Of a stretch of DNA of 64,000 nucleotides, positions 28,086 to 39,000 are shown piece after piece. Positions within the stretch are counted from its first letter, which is position 1. Each line of letters begins with the position of its first letter. Origin of the DNA: a virus; the IMG/VR virus record IMGVR_UViG_3300030333_008334, positions 32,001 through 96,000 of that record. One strand, written 5' to 3'. The translations under genes and the position numbers were made by a program. Under the pieces are notes generated by a model. The model had not been told where the DNA came from, ran no database searches, and saw nothing but the letters and a program-made list of their open reading frames with translations.

Positions 28086-31000
28086 TTAGTATGAAAGAAG
28101 AGGTTTTTTGTGTTTATGTTTGAATTCAAAATTAAAATCAATTTTTCTTCCTGTTGTCTTGGATGTTAATCTCAACTTGAATTTTTTGCCAGTCATTGCT
28201 GAGCCGCTTAAATCTTGACGCGCAAACAAAGACTGTTCTGTAGCCCCCAGCACGGGATCAATTTTATCCAAATTTAAAGTTGGATTTTCTTCCGAGCCTG
28301 GTAGTTTAGATACTTTGTCGTTTATTGTCGATTGCTCACGGGTTGGTCTTATAAGAATATATTTTCTTACACTGCGTTCAAAATTATCTTTTGTTGGTTT
28401 CGGAAAATCATATATCTTAATTTTTGGTAGCACCGCAACACGATATGCCTCAGAGCCATCTTCCAAAGTTGTTAGTTCTATTTCATAAACTGGAGATGGA
28501 TTAGAAATATTACCTCTTGAATCTATACTTCTAAACATGTAATAATATTTCTTGTTAGGATTGATTTTATCTGTATAACTTGTTTTTGAAGTCGTGAATA
28601 TCTTTCTACCTTTGAAATCTTGATATGATAAAGGCGGGTTTACAGTTCTAAAAACTTCAAATGAAACCAAAGGATTATCAGAGTTAAAAGTTATCTCCTC
28701 TCCTTCTCCAACAGATTGAGCTAATCTTTGAATATCAAAATATTCTTGATCGCCTTCCTCGATTACTGTTGGCAAAACGTTTTCTTTACCAACTGAGCCG
28801 TCAAATAAAAACATGATTTTGTCTTTTACAGCCCTAAAAGGTATTGGCACAATTTGAGGAGGAAGCGGAGGCGCGTCTAACACCATTGAAAAACCGCCAG
28901 GGTCTACATTGAAATATGGCAATTCTATCAATTTCAATGTTGGCTTAACCATCACATTGAACCTCAAAGCCATCTCGGCGTCGGGATAAGGCATTTCTGT
29001 TTCCTGATCGTCGAGAGGAGGAGGAAGCATTTCTACGTCAGATTGCTGCACAACTCCTGTACCACCTTGACCGGTCATTCCTGATCCAACACTAGTGCCT
29101 CCATAATCAGTGCCAGTTTGATAAGGAGCAGTACCAACGCCAACCGGCCCAGGAGTAACAGGAGAGGTGCCATCAGGAGCAGCTACGGCCTGTTCATAGG
29201 TATCATCTCCAGAAGGCGATGTTGGTGGACTACATGTATTTTCTAAGGCACCGAAGCTGCTATACAAAATATTTCCGTTTGAATCGTAACCACTTATAAC
29301 TATTGAAGAATCATCTTCGCATAATTCTGGTGTTGCAACAGGGACTTCAACATTTTCTGTTGGAGAATGTATCATAGGCAAATTAGCGCCGCCGGCAAAA
29401 ACATCCCAGTAGCTGTATTCAGAGCCCACAACTGCGTGATAAGCATAAACTCGATATCTATATACAATTCCATATTTAACTTGTGTATCCAAAATATTTG
29501 CAATATCAATCTTGTTTGAATTAGGAACATACATGTTTTGACAAACTTCATACATTTGTGTTGTTGGATTAAGTTTGCTTTTTTCTATTCGATACAACAC
29601 AATCTCTGAATCTGCATGTTCTCCTGCCATTATCTCTTCGTAAGTTCGAGCGCGCTGGCCAATATATTCTTTCATTTTACTTTTGAACACAGCTAGCAAA
29701 ATTGTCTTAACAATAGAAGAAGAAGGATCTGAAAAGTCTAATTCTTTTGTGCTAAAAAATACTGTATGAAGGTCTGATTTTTCATTTATATAATCTTCGC
29801 CCATTGTACGATAGCCGTTCATTATTTTTTCTAGATCCCACACATTTCTAATTGTCTCTTCGAACTTTTGATTTTTTACCAACTTAGAATCTTGTGCTGG
29901 GCTTTCATCAATGGTATATCGATCAGCCATTTCGACAAATTGTTTAGACCTTATACCCAGCATTGTATTATCTTTGTCTGAATCTGGCATATTGACATCT
30001 GTTATCTCAACAACTTTTTCAATAATTGCTGGCATCAAGAAAGATTCATTAAGGAGATTTGTCAAATCAACATCTCTGTCAGTTCTAAAAGTGATCTCAG
30101 TTGACATAGGAAAAGAAGATTTAAATTCAGAAAATTCACGCAACATATCCGCAGTCGATTCCGTAAAGACTACATTTTCATATGCAGAAGAATCATCCAT
30201 AACTGATTGTGCTGCGCCGTCGCCGGCGGCTGCGTTTGCCAAGACTTTCGACAATACGTATGAGTATATGTTATAATACCTTTCTTTATCCATTGTGTGA
30301 AGAGCATCTCTCAAATCAATTTCTGGAAATAGTTTTTCTCCTTTATGATTTACTGCAATTTGCAACTGATTGGATAAAGTAATATTTGAAGTTATATGTC
30401 CTACCTTATTTGTAAACGTTGAAACTTCGTCTTCTTTTTCAGATAAAATCAAAAATGAATATAGGTTTGGTAAGGTATACTCATTGACCTCGGACGAAGC
30501 AATTGTGTCAATATAATTATCAAAATTAAAATTTGGAGAGTAATAAGTTTTTATATCCGCAGCTGTTGCGCCTGGTCCGGAATTCATTTTTTCCAGCTCT
30601 AAATTAGAAAAAGGTGCTACTGCGATAAAAGAATTGCTATCAAATACTTTAATGTTACTAACAGTAGATTCATGAATTATAGGAGGATTATCGCCTGTTC
30701 CGTAGACATAGCCTCTCCACTCATCGATCGCGCTATAAATTTCATCAAATCTTGTATTGCCGACATTTAAAGTAACAGAGACAGAATAAAGTTTTGCCCC
30801 TACCTGTTTTGCTAAATTATAAGATTCCGGGTATGCAGCTGCTTTGCTTTCTGGCACCTCGCCAAGATGCTCAATATTAATTGGCAATTGTCCTTGAATT
30901 GCTTTTGCCACTGATATTCCTTTATCTCCGGATTCACCAATGACGCCGTTGCCAAAGATATTATATTTTAATCTATGCGCATACCAAAATCTTGTCCACA

Positions 31001-31316
31001 AACCTATGGGATATCCATAAATTAATTTTCCAGGAGCTTCAGGTTTTGCAGGATCAATTGGCACACCGGCAGATTCACCAGGCTTAATTAAATCCCAGTA
31101 GTTGCCCATTTCTATTCTAAATCTATCTCTAGAGTTATATTCTGGACCCCATATGCGAAAATCAACACCGTAAAAAGAAGATCCGTTAGGCGTTGGATTT
31201 TCTGAATTTAAATCACCATATATATCTTTATCGATAACCAGTGTATTTTTACCTACACCGGAGGCATGATTCTTTGGAATATAAATAGATGAATTTTTCT
31301 TATCTTCTTTTGACAT
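28086..31316 (-). CDS. Large structural protein with two fibronectin-III-like domains
   Basis: DTQVKYGIVYRYRVYAY and YTDKINPNKKYYYMFRSIDSRGNISNPS, separated by a P/G/T-rich linker. Confidence 0.65.
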   Translation of the reverse strand: MSKEDKKNSSIYIPKNHASGVGKNTLVIDKDIYGDLNSENPTPNGSSFYGVDFRIWGPEYNSRDRFRIEMGNYWDLIKPGESAGVPIDPAKPEAPGKLIYGYPIGLWTRFWYAHRLKYNIFGNGVIGESGDKGISVAKAIQGQLPINIEHLGEVPESKAAAYPESYNLAKQVGAKLYSVSVTLNVGNTRFDEIYSAIDEWRGYVYGTGDNPPIIHESTVSNIKVFDSNSFIAVAPFSNLELEKMNSGPGATAADIKTYYSPNFNFDNYIDTIASSEVNEYTLPNLYSFLILSEKEDEVSTFTNKVGHITSNITLSNQLQIAVNHKGEKLFPEIDLRDALHTMDKERYYNIYSYVLSKVLANAAAGDGAAQSVMDDSSAYENVVFTESTADMLREFSEFKSSFPMSTEITFRTDRDVDLTNLLNESFLMPAIIEKVVEITDVNMPDSDKDNTMLGIRSKQFVEMADRYTIDESPAQDSKLVKNQKFEETIRNVWDLEKIMNGYRTMGEDYINEKSDLHTVFFSTKELDFSDPSSSIVKTILLAVFKSKMKEYIGQRARTYEEIMAGEHADSEIVLYRIEKSKLNPTTQMYEVCQNMYVPNSNKIDIANILDTQVKYGIVYRYRVYAYHAVVGSEYSYWDVFAGGANLPMIHSPTENVEVPVATPELCEDDSSIVISGYDSNGNILYSSFGALENTCSPPTSPSGDDTYEQAVAAPDGTSPVTPGPVGVGTAPYQTGTDYGGTSVGSGMTGQGGTGVVQQSDVEMLPPPLDDQETEMPYPDAEMALRFNVMVKPTLKLIELPYFNVDPGGFSMVLDAPPLPPQIVPIPFRAVKDKIMFLFDGSVGKENVLPTVIEEGDQEYFDIQRLAQSVGEGEEITFNSDNPLVSFEVFRTVNPPLSYQDFKGRKIFTTSKTSYTDKINPNKKYYYMFRSIDSRGNISNPSPVYEIELTTLEDGSEAYRVAVLPKIKIYDFPKPTKDNFERSVRKYILIRPTREQSTINDKVSKLPGSEENPTLNLDKIDPVLGATEQSLFARQDLSGSAMTGKKFKLRLTSKTTGRKIDFNFEFKHKHKKPLLSY

Positions 31317-31326
31317 AATCTTATCC

Positions 31327-34300
31327 TTAGTAGCCTCCGCCGCCTCCGCCGTAACCAGAGCCGGCTACTGGTGTTGTTGTTTTCATCGTAGCGTCTGCTA
31401 AATTTATAGTGAAATACTGGTTCATAATTGGAACATCAGTCGTTAATTTTGTTTCACTGACATTAAAGTCGTCGTTATAGTATCTTCTTAGGCGACATAC
31501 TATTTCGCCTGCGCCGTTGGCTAATAAAGATTCCATTAATTGATTTGTCAGCGGCGCCCAGTTTGGTGCGGCCATATGCTTTATTTGCATTTTCTTTTTT
31601 TGACCTAGATGATCTACGTATCTTTCGTCTGTCTTGAAGCCAATTAAAGCCTCGACTGCAACTATGTTCTTATATATCATCCAACTATAAGGAAAACTTG
31701 AGCCTTGCAAATCTTCAATTCCGAGCATGCCGCGGCGAAGAGCAGAATTCGATCCATACTGTGTTGGCTGCTGCTCCAATAGCATTGTCCAAAGCGGCAA
31801 AGGAAGATTGTTGACATATTGCTTGCCTTCAGGCTTATCAACCAAGATCTTTGTCATCCTTGCCTCTTGTGAGGCTAAATTATAATCTAGTTTATTATCT
31901 AGATGATTTGGAAATATATTTGCCATCATGATACCAACAGATGACATGATACCCGGTATTTTATCTTCTTTTGTACCCATGATATAATCATATTTTCTGC
32001 CAGTAGATGATTTTATATTTGATTGACGTTGTTTGTGAGCAGCATTGCCTGCCGGTGTTCCTTCTAAGAGTGGGTTTAATATCTCATTACCATCTTCATC
32101 GAGAATATAAATTCCCGTCTGAGATTCATATGATACATACAAGAAATTATTCTCAGACGGTTTGTCCTGCAAGACATAGTTTCGGTGTTCATCGGTATCT
32201 TTAGGTACAATATGGCAATTATATTTTTCTAACACACTTAAATAAGTGTCTAATTTTCTTTCAACTGCAGTGCCATATAGTATTGATACTCGTTGATTAA
32301 AAGTTTTGTTATCAATAAATCTCGTGCTATAAGAACCAGCAACAACATGTTGCACTAGAGATATAACTGCTTCGGTAGACAGAGCTTTGACGTTAGTCTC
32401 TGACTGATAAAATCCAGTATACTGGCCCTCCAGCAGATCTGCAATCCCGCCAGTAAATCTAACTCCTGTAGGTGTCAAATATCGTGTGGCAATATCATAA
32501 GCATTTACAAAGTCACTATAAAAACGTTGTTTTGGAGCACCTGCCGTAGAAGGAACAGTAGGGTCGTGATATATAACAGCCATCTCAAGATTATCTTTTG
32601 AGGTGTTTTGTGTTACATTCGGCAATATGTACTTTTCTATTTCTTTAGACACCCTTACGTCATATTCTGCACGACTCATTTGTTTAATTCCAGGCTTGGT
32701 TTGCCACGTATTTAATAAATTTGCCACGCCCTGCATCGATGAGCCAAGAAATTCATATCCACTAAAACTATTCATGAAATTAACTTCTAATATGTCTGAA
32801 AAAGTATACTCGTGCTCAAATATGCGTCGGCTAGAGGTGCCTTTGTTTTCCACGCTTACAGTATTTTGATTAAAACCTAAGCCATCTTTATCCAGTGATG
32901 GAACGCTTCCTAGTACATCTGTCAACGTTACAATAAATTCTTCTATTAATCTTATAACAGTATCGATGCCTTTTGGACTACCAGTTCTTGGTGCGCACAT
33001 GTTTTTTAAATTCTTTCTTGTGCCCTCGACTGAAAATAAATCGCCTGAATTATCATAAACCAATTGTGCGCAGTCTAAATAAGCATCGATTGCATTTTCC
33101 CAAGTTGATTCTCTGCCAGCCATTGAGCCAATGAATTGTTTTGTAAATCTTTTGTATATGTTATCCCATGAGCCAGCGCCTTTGTTGTCTGCGCCCTTTG
33201 AAGCCATGGCTCTGTAACTTCGAAGCGGCCTTAAATGACTGCGCAACGTAGAAATCTTATTCATTAAATATGAATGCACACCATTTCTAATTCTTAGTTT
33301 AATTGTGTATTGATATGTACCGCCAGATAAATTCGAAACACTTCCGTCAGTTAGAGTAAAAAAACGAGCACCATCGCCAGTGCTTTCTAATAAATTAGTA
33401 TTAGTTATTTCTCGAATACTACCAACAGATACTTCTGAATGTTTTTCTAAATTTCCATGCTTTGTGCTGTCTGTACCGTATGAAATTCTTTTTGTCTGCA
33501 GTTTTGAAATCAATTTTTTATTGGAAGAATCTGACGTCGACACAATCAACTCTGGTGGTATATTTTCGTCAACATCCAAAATGGTTTCTAGCGCTTCTGA
33601 TTTATTTACTAATTTTTCTCTATAAACTTCAAGCAATAATATTTCACTATAAGAAAGAATGTCTTCTATTCTTTTTCTATCTTTTAGCTTTTGTGGAAAA
33701 TCTAATAACGATGGGAAAAGAGAATTATTCTTTATCATCTTTCGATAATCCATGACAAAAAACATGTTGTTTATTGTTCCATTTCGCGTTGATACAGCTG
33801 GAGTCATATAAAGTTCTGACATATAAGATAGTTGTTTTCCAGCGTAAAGGGGTTTCTCAGAGGTCATTTTCAATCGATTATTGAATTGTGACATTAAATT
33901 CTCAATCGAAGTAAAATCTAAAACCCTAGGATTAGTAAGTCTCTCTATTCTTCTAAAATCAGTTATCTTATTGTTTTGTATTCTTTTTTTAGATAAATCT
34001 ACTGATGTTGCACTCATTTTATGGCCAGTCATATATTTGCCGGCTTGATCTGTATTCTCCGGAGGATGATAGTGGATCGGGCCGGCCCAGGGCATGCCAT
34101 CAGGCGTAACAAAATAATCTGTTGTTGATGCGACACCGGTCGAGGAGAGAACACGCTCTATCAAAGGAGCACTGTAAATAACATCAAAATTTGTTGGATT
34201 TATTCCAAACTCATCAACTAAAGGATTGCCTTCGCCACTATTGTTTAAATCGACACTTATAAAAGAAACTAACATTAAATTTGATTGTGTGTCTGGGATT

Positions 34301-34887
34301 TCAAACGTAACAGTATAAGGCACATAATAAACATTTTTTCTAGTGTTAGGATCATATTTTGCGTAGGAAGAGCCAGTCGCTCTTCGACGTGGGCCTGTAG
34401 ACGAATCATTTGCTCCTGACTCTACTTCAACTTCATTTAAATTAATTTTAAAGTGTCTTACCTTATTTGTTTCTAGATCGGTGAAGGATTCGCCTCTAAT
34501 TGTTTTTTCTATGTGCTTGGCTAAAAAATCATCTAGTGTTTTTGTATCTTTTACAGCGACAATATTAATTGCTAGAAACTTCTTAATCATATCACTATCA
34601 ATCCACATTGGAAGATCGCTCTTTCCAGTCAATTGATCTTGCACAAGAACTGTTACTGTTACTTTAGTATTTCCGTCAGTTGAAACAATATTATGTATTT
34701 CCGCTTTTGGCTGCGAATTACCCAAAGCATATTTAATAAGCTTTCCGCTGATCGGGTCGTTTACCACCATATATTGTGTTTCCTCATTTATATGAGGGTT
34801 ATCTTTCAATTTTTTATTATATCCAGCAGTGCCAGACTCTAAAACAATCTTATCAACAGACATGGAAGGCAATATATTCATTAGCAA
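31327..34887 (-). CDS. Large hypothetical structural protein (1186 aa)
   Basis: Intact ORF in the baseplate cluster; WAGPIHYH...YMTGH His motif; C-terminal GSGYGGGGGGY. Confidence 0.65.
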   Translation of the reverse strand: MLMNILPSMSVDKIVLESGTAGYNKKLKDNPHINEETQYMVVNDPISGKLIKYALGNSQPKAEIHNIVSTDGNTKVTVTVLVQDQLTGKSDLPMWIDSDMIKKFLAINIVAVKDTKTLDDFLAKHIEKTIRGESFTDLETNKVRHFKINLNEVEVESGANDSSTGPRRRATGSSYAKYDPNTRKNVYYVPYTVTFEIPDTQSNLMLVSFISVDLNNSGEGNPLVDEFGINPTNFDVIYSAPLIERVLSSTGVASTTDYFVTPDGMPWAGPIHYHPPENTDQAGKYMTGHKMSATSVDLSKKRIQNNKITDFRRIERLTNPRVLDFTSIENLMSQFNNRLKMTSEKPLYAGKQLSYMSELYMTPAVSTRNGTINNMFFVMDYRKMIKNNSLFPSLLDFPQKLKDRKRIEDILSYSEILLLEVYREKLVNKSEALETILDVDENIPPELIVSTSDSSNKKLISKLQTKRISYGTDSTKHGNLEKHSEVSVGSIREITNTNLLESTGDGARFFTLTDGSVSNLSGGTYQYTIKLRIRNGVHSYLMNKISTLRSHLRPLRSYRAMASKGADNKGAGSWDNIYKRFTKQFIGSMAGRESTWENAIDAYLDCAQLVYDNSGDLFSVEGTRKNLKNMCAPRTGSPKGIDTVIRLIEEFIVTLTDVLGSVPSLDKDGLGFNQNTVSVENKGTSSRRIFEHEYTFSDILEVNFMNSFSGYEFLGSSMQGVANLLNTWQTKPGIKQMSRAEYDVRVSKEIEKYILPNVTQNTSKDNLEMAVIYHDPTVPSTAGAPKQRFYSDFVNAYDIATRYLTPTGVRFTGGIADLLEGQYTGFYQSETNVKALSTEAVISLVQHVVAGSYSTRFIDNKTFNQRVSILYGTAVERKLDTYLSVLEKYNCHIVPKDTDEHRNYVLQDKPSENNFLYVSYESQTGIYILDEDGNEILNPLLEGTPAGNAAHKQRQSNIKSSTGRKYDYIMGTKEDKIPGIMSSVGIMMANIFPNHLDNKLDYNLASQEARMTKILVDKPEGKQYVNNLPLPLWTMLLEQQPTQYGSNSALRRGMLGIEDLQGSSFPYSWMIYKNIVAVEALIGFKTDERYVDHLGQKKKMQIKHMAAPNWAPLTNQLMESLLANGAGEIVCRLRRYYNDDFNVSETKLTTDVPIMNQYFTINLADATMKTTTPVAGSGYGGGGGGY

Positions 34888-35978
34888 ATTTCTCCTGAAG
34901 CCTCAGCGTCTTCTTTATCGGTTTCATAAATATCTTCTGAGTATTCATGAGACTGATCTAAATCTGCACAATCAATAAATTCGTCACCAAATATACCCTT
35001 TGACCGGTCAGTTATATGCTGACATAAGACTTCTGGTGAGATCTCGTCATCTACAAAAATATCAAAATAATATTCTACATCTCGCGGTGTGACATCTGGA
35101 GTTAATAATTCTAATTCTTGTTCATCAAGTATGGCGCCATTGTCTAGATTAGAAAAATCATTATTTCTATTATCATAACCTTGATTAATTAAAAAATTCA
35201 AAGGTATGAGATTTTCATCGCCTGTTTTAATATTGGCTGTGTTGACAACATCTTTTATCTCTTCTATTTCAAAAAGTTCTATATCAAAATTTTTGAGCAA
35301 ATATTGAGTATTTTTTTCTTCAATATTGATCAACAAGAAATCTTCTTCTACTGTTATTAGTCCTGAGCCGGCTTGGCCAGGTACGTTTAAATCTATATCA
35401 TCTGGCGTCAACATACCGGCAGCTAAAGCATGTGTGTCTATTGTCTCTAAATTAATTGATGTTTCATAGACGGCTTGGCAATCAATTTGTGGATAATTTA
35501 TTACCCTGTCCATATTAGTTTTGTTGCTGTTGCCGGTGATATGTGTATAATTTTTCGACTGGATTAATTCACCTTTATAAAACTTTACAAACCAAGCAGC
35601 TGCTTTATCAATATTTAAATCTGTCGTACCTAAAGGGCTGACTAACGCGTGATGCTTATCGTTTGAAGGCTGAATACTTTCTGCACCTAAATCAACCCTT
35701 TCAGAAGTTAATTTAGATCTTACCATTTCATTTATTCTCTTAACTTCTGTTTCTATGCCACTATAGACATATTGTGTTTTTAATCGAGGAGTTTCTGAAC
35801 GTATTCTGTCTTCTGAAGTGTTTTGCTCTTCTGTAACTCCAGCGTAGTTAGTATCATATAAGATATCGTCATCATAAAAAGCATAATACGCCGGTTTCAT
35901 TCTACCTTTTGAAAGTAAATATTTTCCATATTGCGTTAATTCTAGGTCGATGACATCTTCTTTTCGATCAAAAAACAT
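34881..35978 (-). CDS. Baseplate structural protein
   Basis: N-terminal VIDLELTQYGKYLLSKG....YYAFYDDDILYD resembles the N-terminus of 27020-27997; acidic. Confidence 0.65.
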   Translation of the reverse strand: MFFDRKEDVIDLELTQYGKYLLSKGRMKPAYYAFYDDDILYDTNYAGVTEEQNTSEDRIRSETPRLKTQYVYSGIETEVKRINEMVRSKLTSERVDLGAESIQPSNDKHHALVSPLGTTDLNIDKAAAWFVKFYKGELIQSKNYTHITGNSNKTNMDRVINYPQIDCQAVYETSINLETIDTHALAAGMLTPDDIDLNVPGQAGSGLITVEEDFLLINIEEKNTQYLLKNFDIELFEIEEIKDVVNTANIKTGDENLIPLNFLINQGYDNRNNDFSNLDNGAILDEQELELLTPDVTPRDVEYYFDIFVDDEISPEVLCQHITDRSKGIFGDEFIDCADLDQSHEYSEDIYETDKEDAEASGEIC

Positions 35979-36022
35979 TTACTTGTTCCTCTTTGTAATA
36001 ATTAGAAAACAATATGATTTTA

Positions 36023-39000
36023 TTATAATTCATATTCAACGCTTAATTTCGCAGTCTCAACCAAACTAAAGAAATCATAAGGCCAGTTATAATTATAACG
36101 CGATTGCAGCCTGACATCTTCGGAGACTGATGAGCCTCCAGCAAGATTACCAACGTTATCAACTTGAAATAGTGAAGAAACTTCATTTTTATTTTTCAGC
36201 TGTCTCATTGACATATTAGCGCGTTTTTTAACTTTAAAGATCAACCATTTAACGCCACCGTATTGTTGTGTTGGCCCAAATATTTTTTTAAGCGTTTTGG
36301 AATTTTCGTTGATGTTTTCTTGACGATGATTGCCCGACCATTGACCTTCGGCTATTTTTGTATTTAAATGGTCTAATCTTCCCCAGAATTCATAATTTGA
36401 TCTGTCACCACTCATGGCATGGCTTAATACCGAAGCTTCTTTCTTCGCTCTCATTCCCGCATCAGGCAAAAGATTTTGCCATATATCTCCTAAGTCTTTG
36501 TTGTCTAATTGCCTAGAGAATTCATGTATATACATGATAAATGGATCAATTCCATCTTCTTGATTATTCATAAATCTTTGACGCGTCAGAAGATATTTTT
36601 TGCCCGAAGGTAAATCTTTCGATCCTATTCCTCTATGATAAAAGTCTAATTCTGGTGGTATAACATATTGATCCATCATGTTTATCATTCTAGAAATACT
36701 AGTTTCTCCAATATCTTCGGCCGGGAACGTCAAATCCATTTTTGAATGCGCGTTTTTCGAACCCAAGACCTGGGAAGCCAAATCAACATGCACGGCCGGC
36801 TTTCCACTCGTAAAATTTTCGTATTGAGCGTAATACTCATCTGGGTGAATTTTAATAAAGTGAATATTGACTCCATATTTTGTGAAAGGCGAGTATGTAA
36901 CCCCGGGAAGTTCATTTTCTAAAAATGGAATTGCAACAATAGCTTCTGTGACTGTCTTAGAGTTTGCAATTTGTCCAATATATTTAGATAACTCTTGCTC
37001 TTCGTCGGCGTTTGGACCATTTCTAAAGCCAGCCACATTTAACAATGATTCTTCTGGATTATTTGTAGCATCTGAAAGGGTAATTTTAACTCCTCTACGC
37101 GGGAATGAAACAACTGTTCCGTCGCTTAAAGTAGTAGTTTCATTTCCAAATCCATCAACATTATCAGTATTGGAATATCCCATCCAAATTGATCTTCCTG
37201 TTCTGTCGCTGAAGTATCCTTTATTAGCATTGTCTTTTTGCTGTTCGTGTGTTAAATCAGGTCTATGACGACCGGTGCCAACATAACTGCTTTCAGCTAA
37301 ATTAATCACAGGGCATTCAAATTTAGTACTAATCTCCCATACCTTTTCTTTCTTCGTGCTACCGTCCGGGGCTTGAAAAAGCACTTCTTTAATCTTAAAC
37401 AAATCTAGAGAAGACGAAACCTTCATTCTATGTTTGTAGGCAGTATGTCCTCTGGATCCAGTAGATGGACTACTAGAATCTAAAGTAAGAGCCACATCTT
37501 TAGCTAATACAGGAGTGCCGTCGTCGCGATAATATACCGGCCTGTCAAACAAATTATATTCTTCACTTACAGAATTTGTTTGAATATTGGTTATAATTTC
37601 TTCCAGTGTTGGAATAGCGGCTTGCATCGGAGCAGCTCCAAGAGCACCATCTACTTCAGCCACGAGGTTGCCTAATTGGCTACCGGCATCCGGTTGGTGG
37701 GTATAAGCCATCTTGTAAACTGCTTTTCCATAATAATACGGGGGAGTGTAAGGTGCATAACAAGGATCTGTTTCGTGACTTGTTAGATTATATAATTCGC
37801 CGCTTGTGCCATATGATGTGCCTTCTACATCTGGTTGAGCACTGTCTGTAGCGATCAAAGTTGTAATTGATCCAGTGGCAGTTGGGCCGCCGGTCCAACT
37901 CTTGCCGTTAGATGCATCAGCTTTGTCACTCCATTTAAGCAATGCTGGTCCGAATATTGAGCCGCGGCGGGGCAGAGGTTGATATTGTGTCTGTCTGTCT
38001 GTAATTGGCACTAGTGGCTTTCTTGGCCCCTCTGCCATGACAAATTCGCTGCCGGCTTGGGGACTTTCTGGGCTTGGACCTCCGGGGCGATATTGATCAA
38101 ATATTTCGATAGATACATTCATTAAGTATGTGCGGTCTCTAACCATTGGCTTGATTTGTGAAGATCTTGCTGAAGTGAAGCTGGTTAGGCCAGAATTCTT
38201 CAAAAAGAAATTAGGAATTTCAGACAAGAAATTATTTGCGGCTTTTTCATAAAGTGGGCCGCGTTCGCCAGTCCAAGCAGCATAAAAAGAGCCAGCCATT
38301 TCTTTGCCTAACTTCGCATTTCCTTGGTCATCAGTACCGCACATGTGCCATGTCGGTTCGGTATAATAAATTTTTGGTACCTCTCCGAGCCCTTCGGGCG
38401 GGGCGCTTGGAATATTACTTAAGTCATATAATGTCTCAAAAGGTAATCTATAATTTGGAGCGTCAATTAATATTGCGCCATCTGTGTGATCTTTAAGTTT
38501 TATACCGTCACCAATTTCTGTAACAAAATTTGTAACGGCCGGCTCTCTCTGATTGATATAGATTGGGTAATCAACTGCAACTCCTGATTTGATTGTGTTA
38601 AACATAATACCAGGGGCAAAGGTTGGCTGTAACATAGACTGCATTTTTCCGGCTTGATGTACGTCAATTAATGCCTGTTTCCATCCCTTGGCGCCTTCGT
38701 GTCCAGCAGCAGCTAAATCAAAAAGTCGAGTTGAGAAATGAACGCCATCTTTGAGGCCGTAGTTTAAACCGCGGTGAGGGTATGATGTTGTGCCTTTGCT
38801 ACCCATTAGTTCATATGTAGGATGCGCACTAGCAGTAATAAATTCTGCGCCTCTTTCTACATATGTTCCAGCAGGAGTATAAGCTATGCCACCAGACACT
38901 GCGTCGCCGTGTTCCCATACCTCTTTACTATGGTGGTAACCTAGATAAGTTTTCTTATTAACTGAAAGATTGTCTAAACTGCAGCTTAAGAACGGACCGA

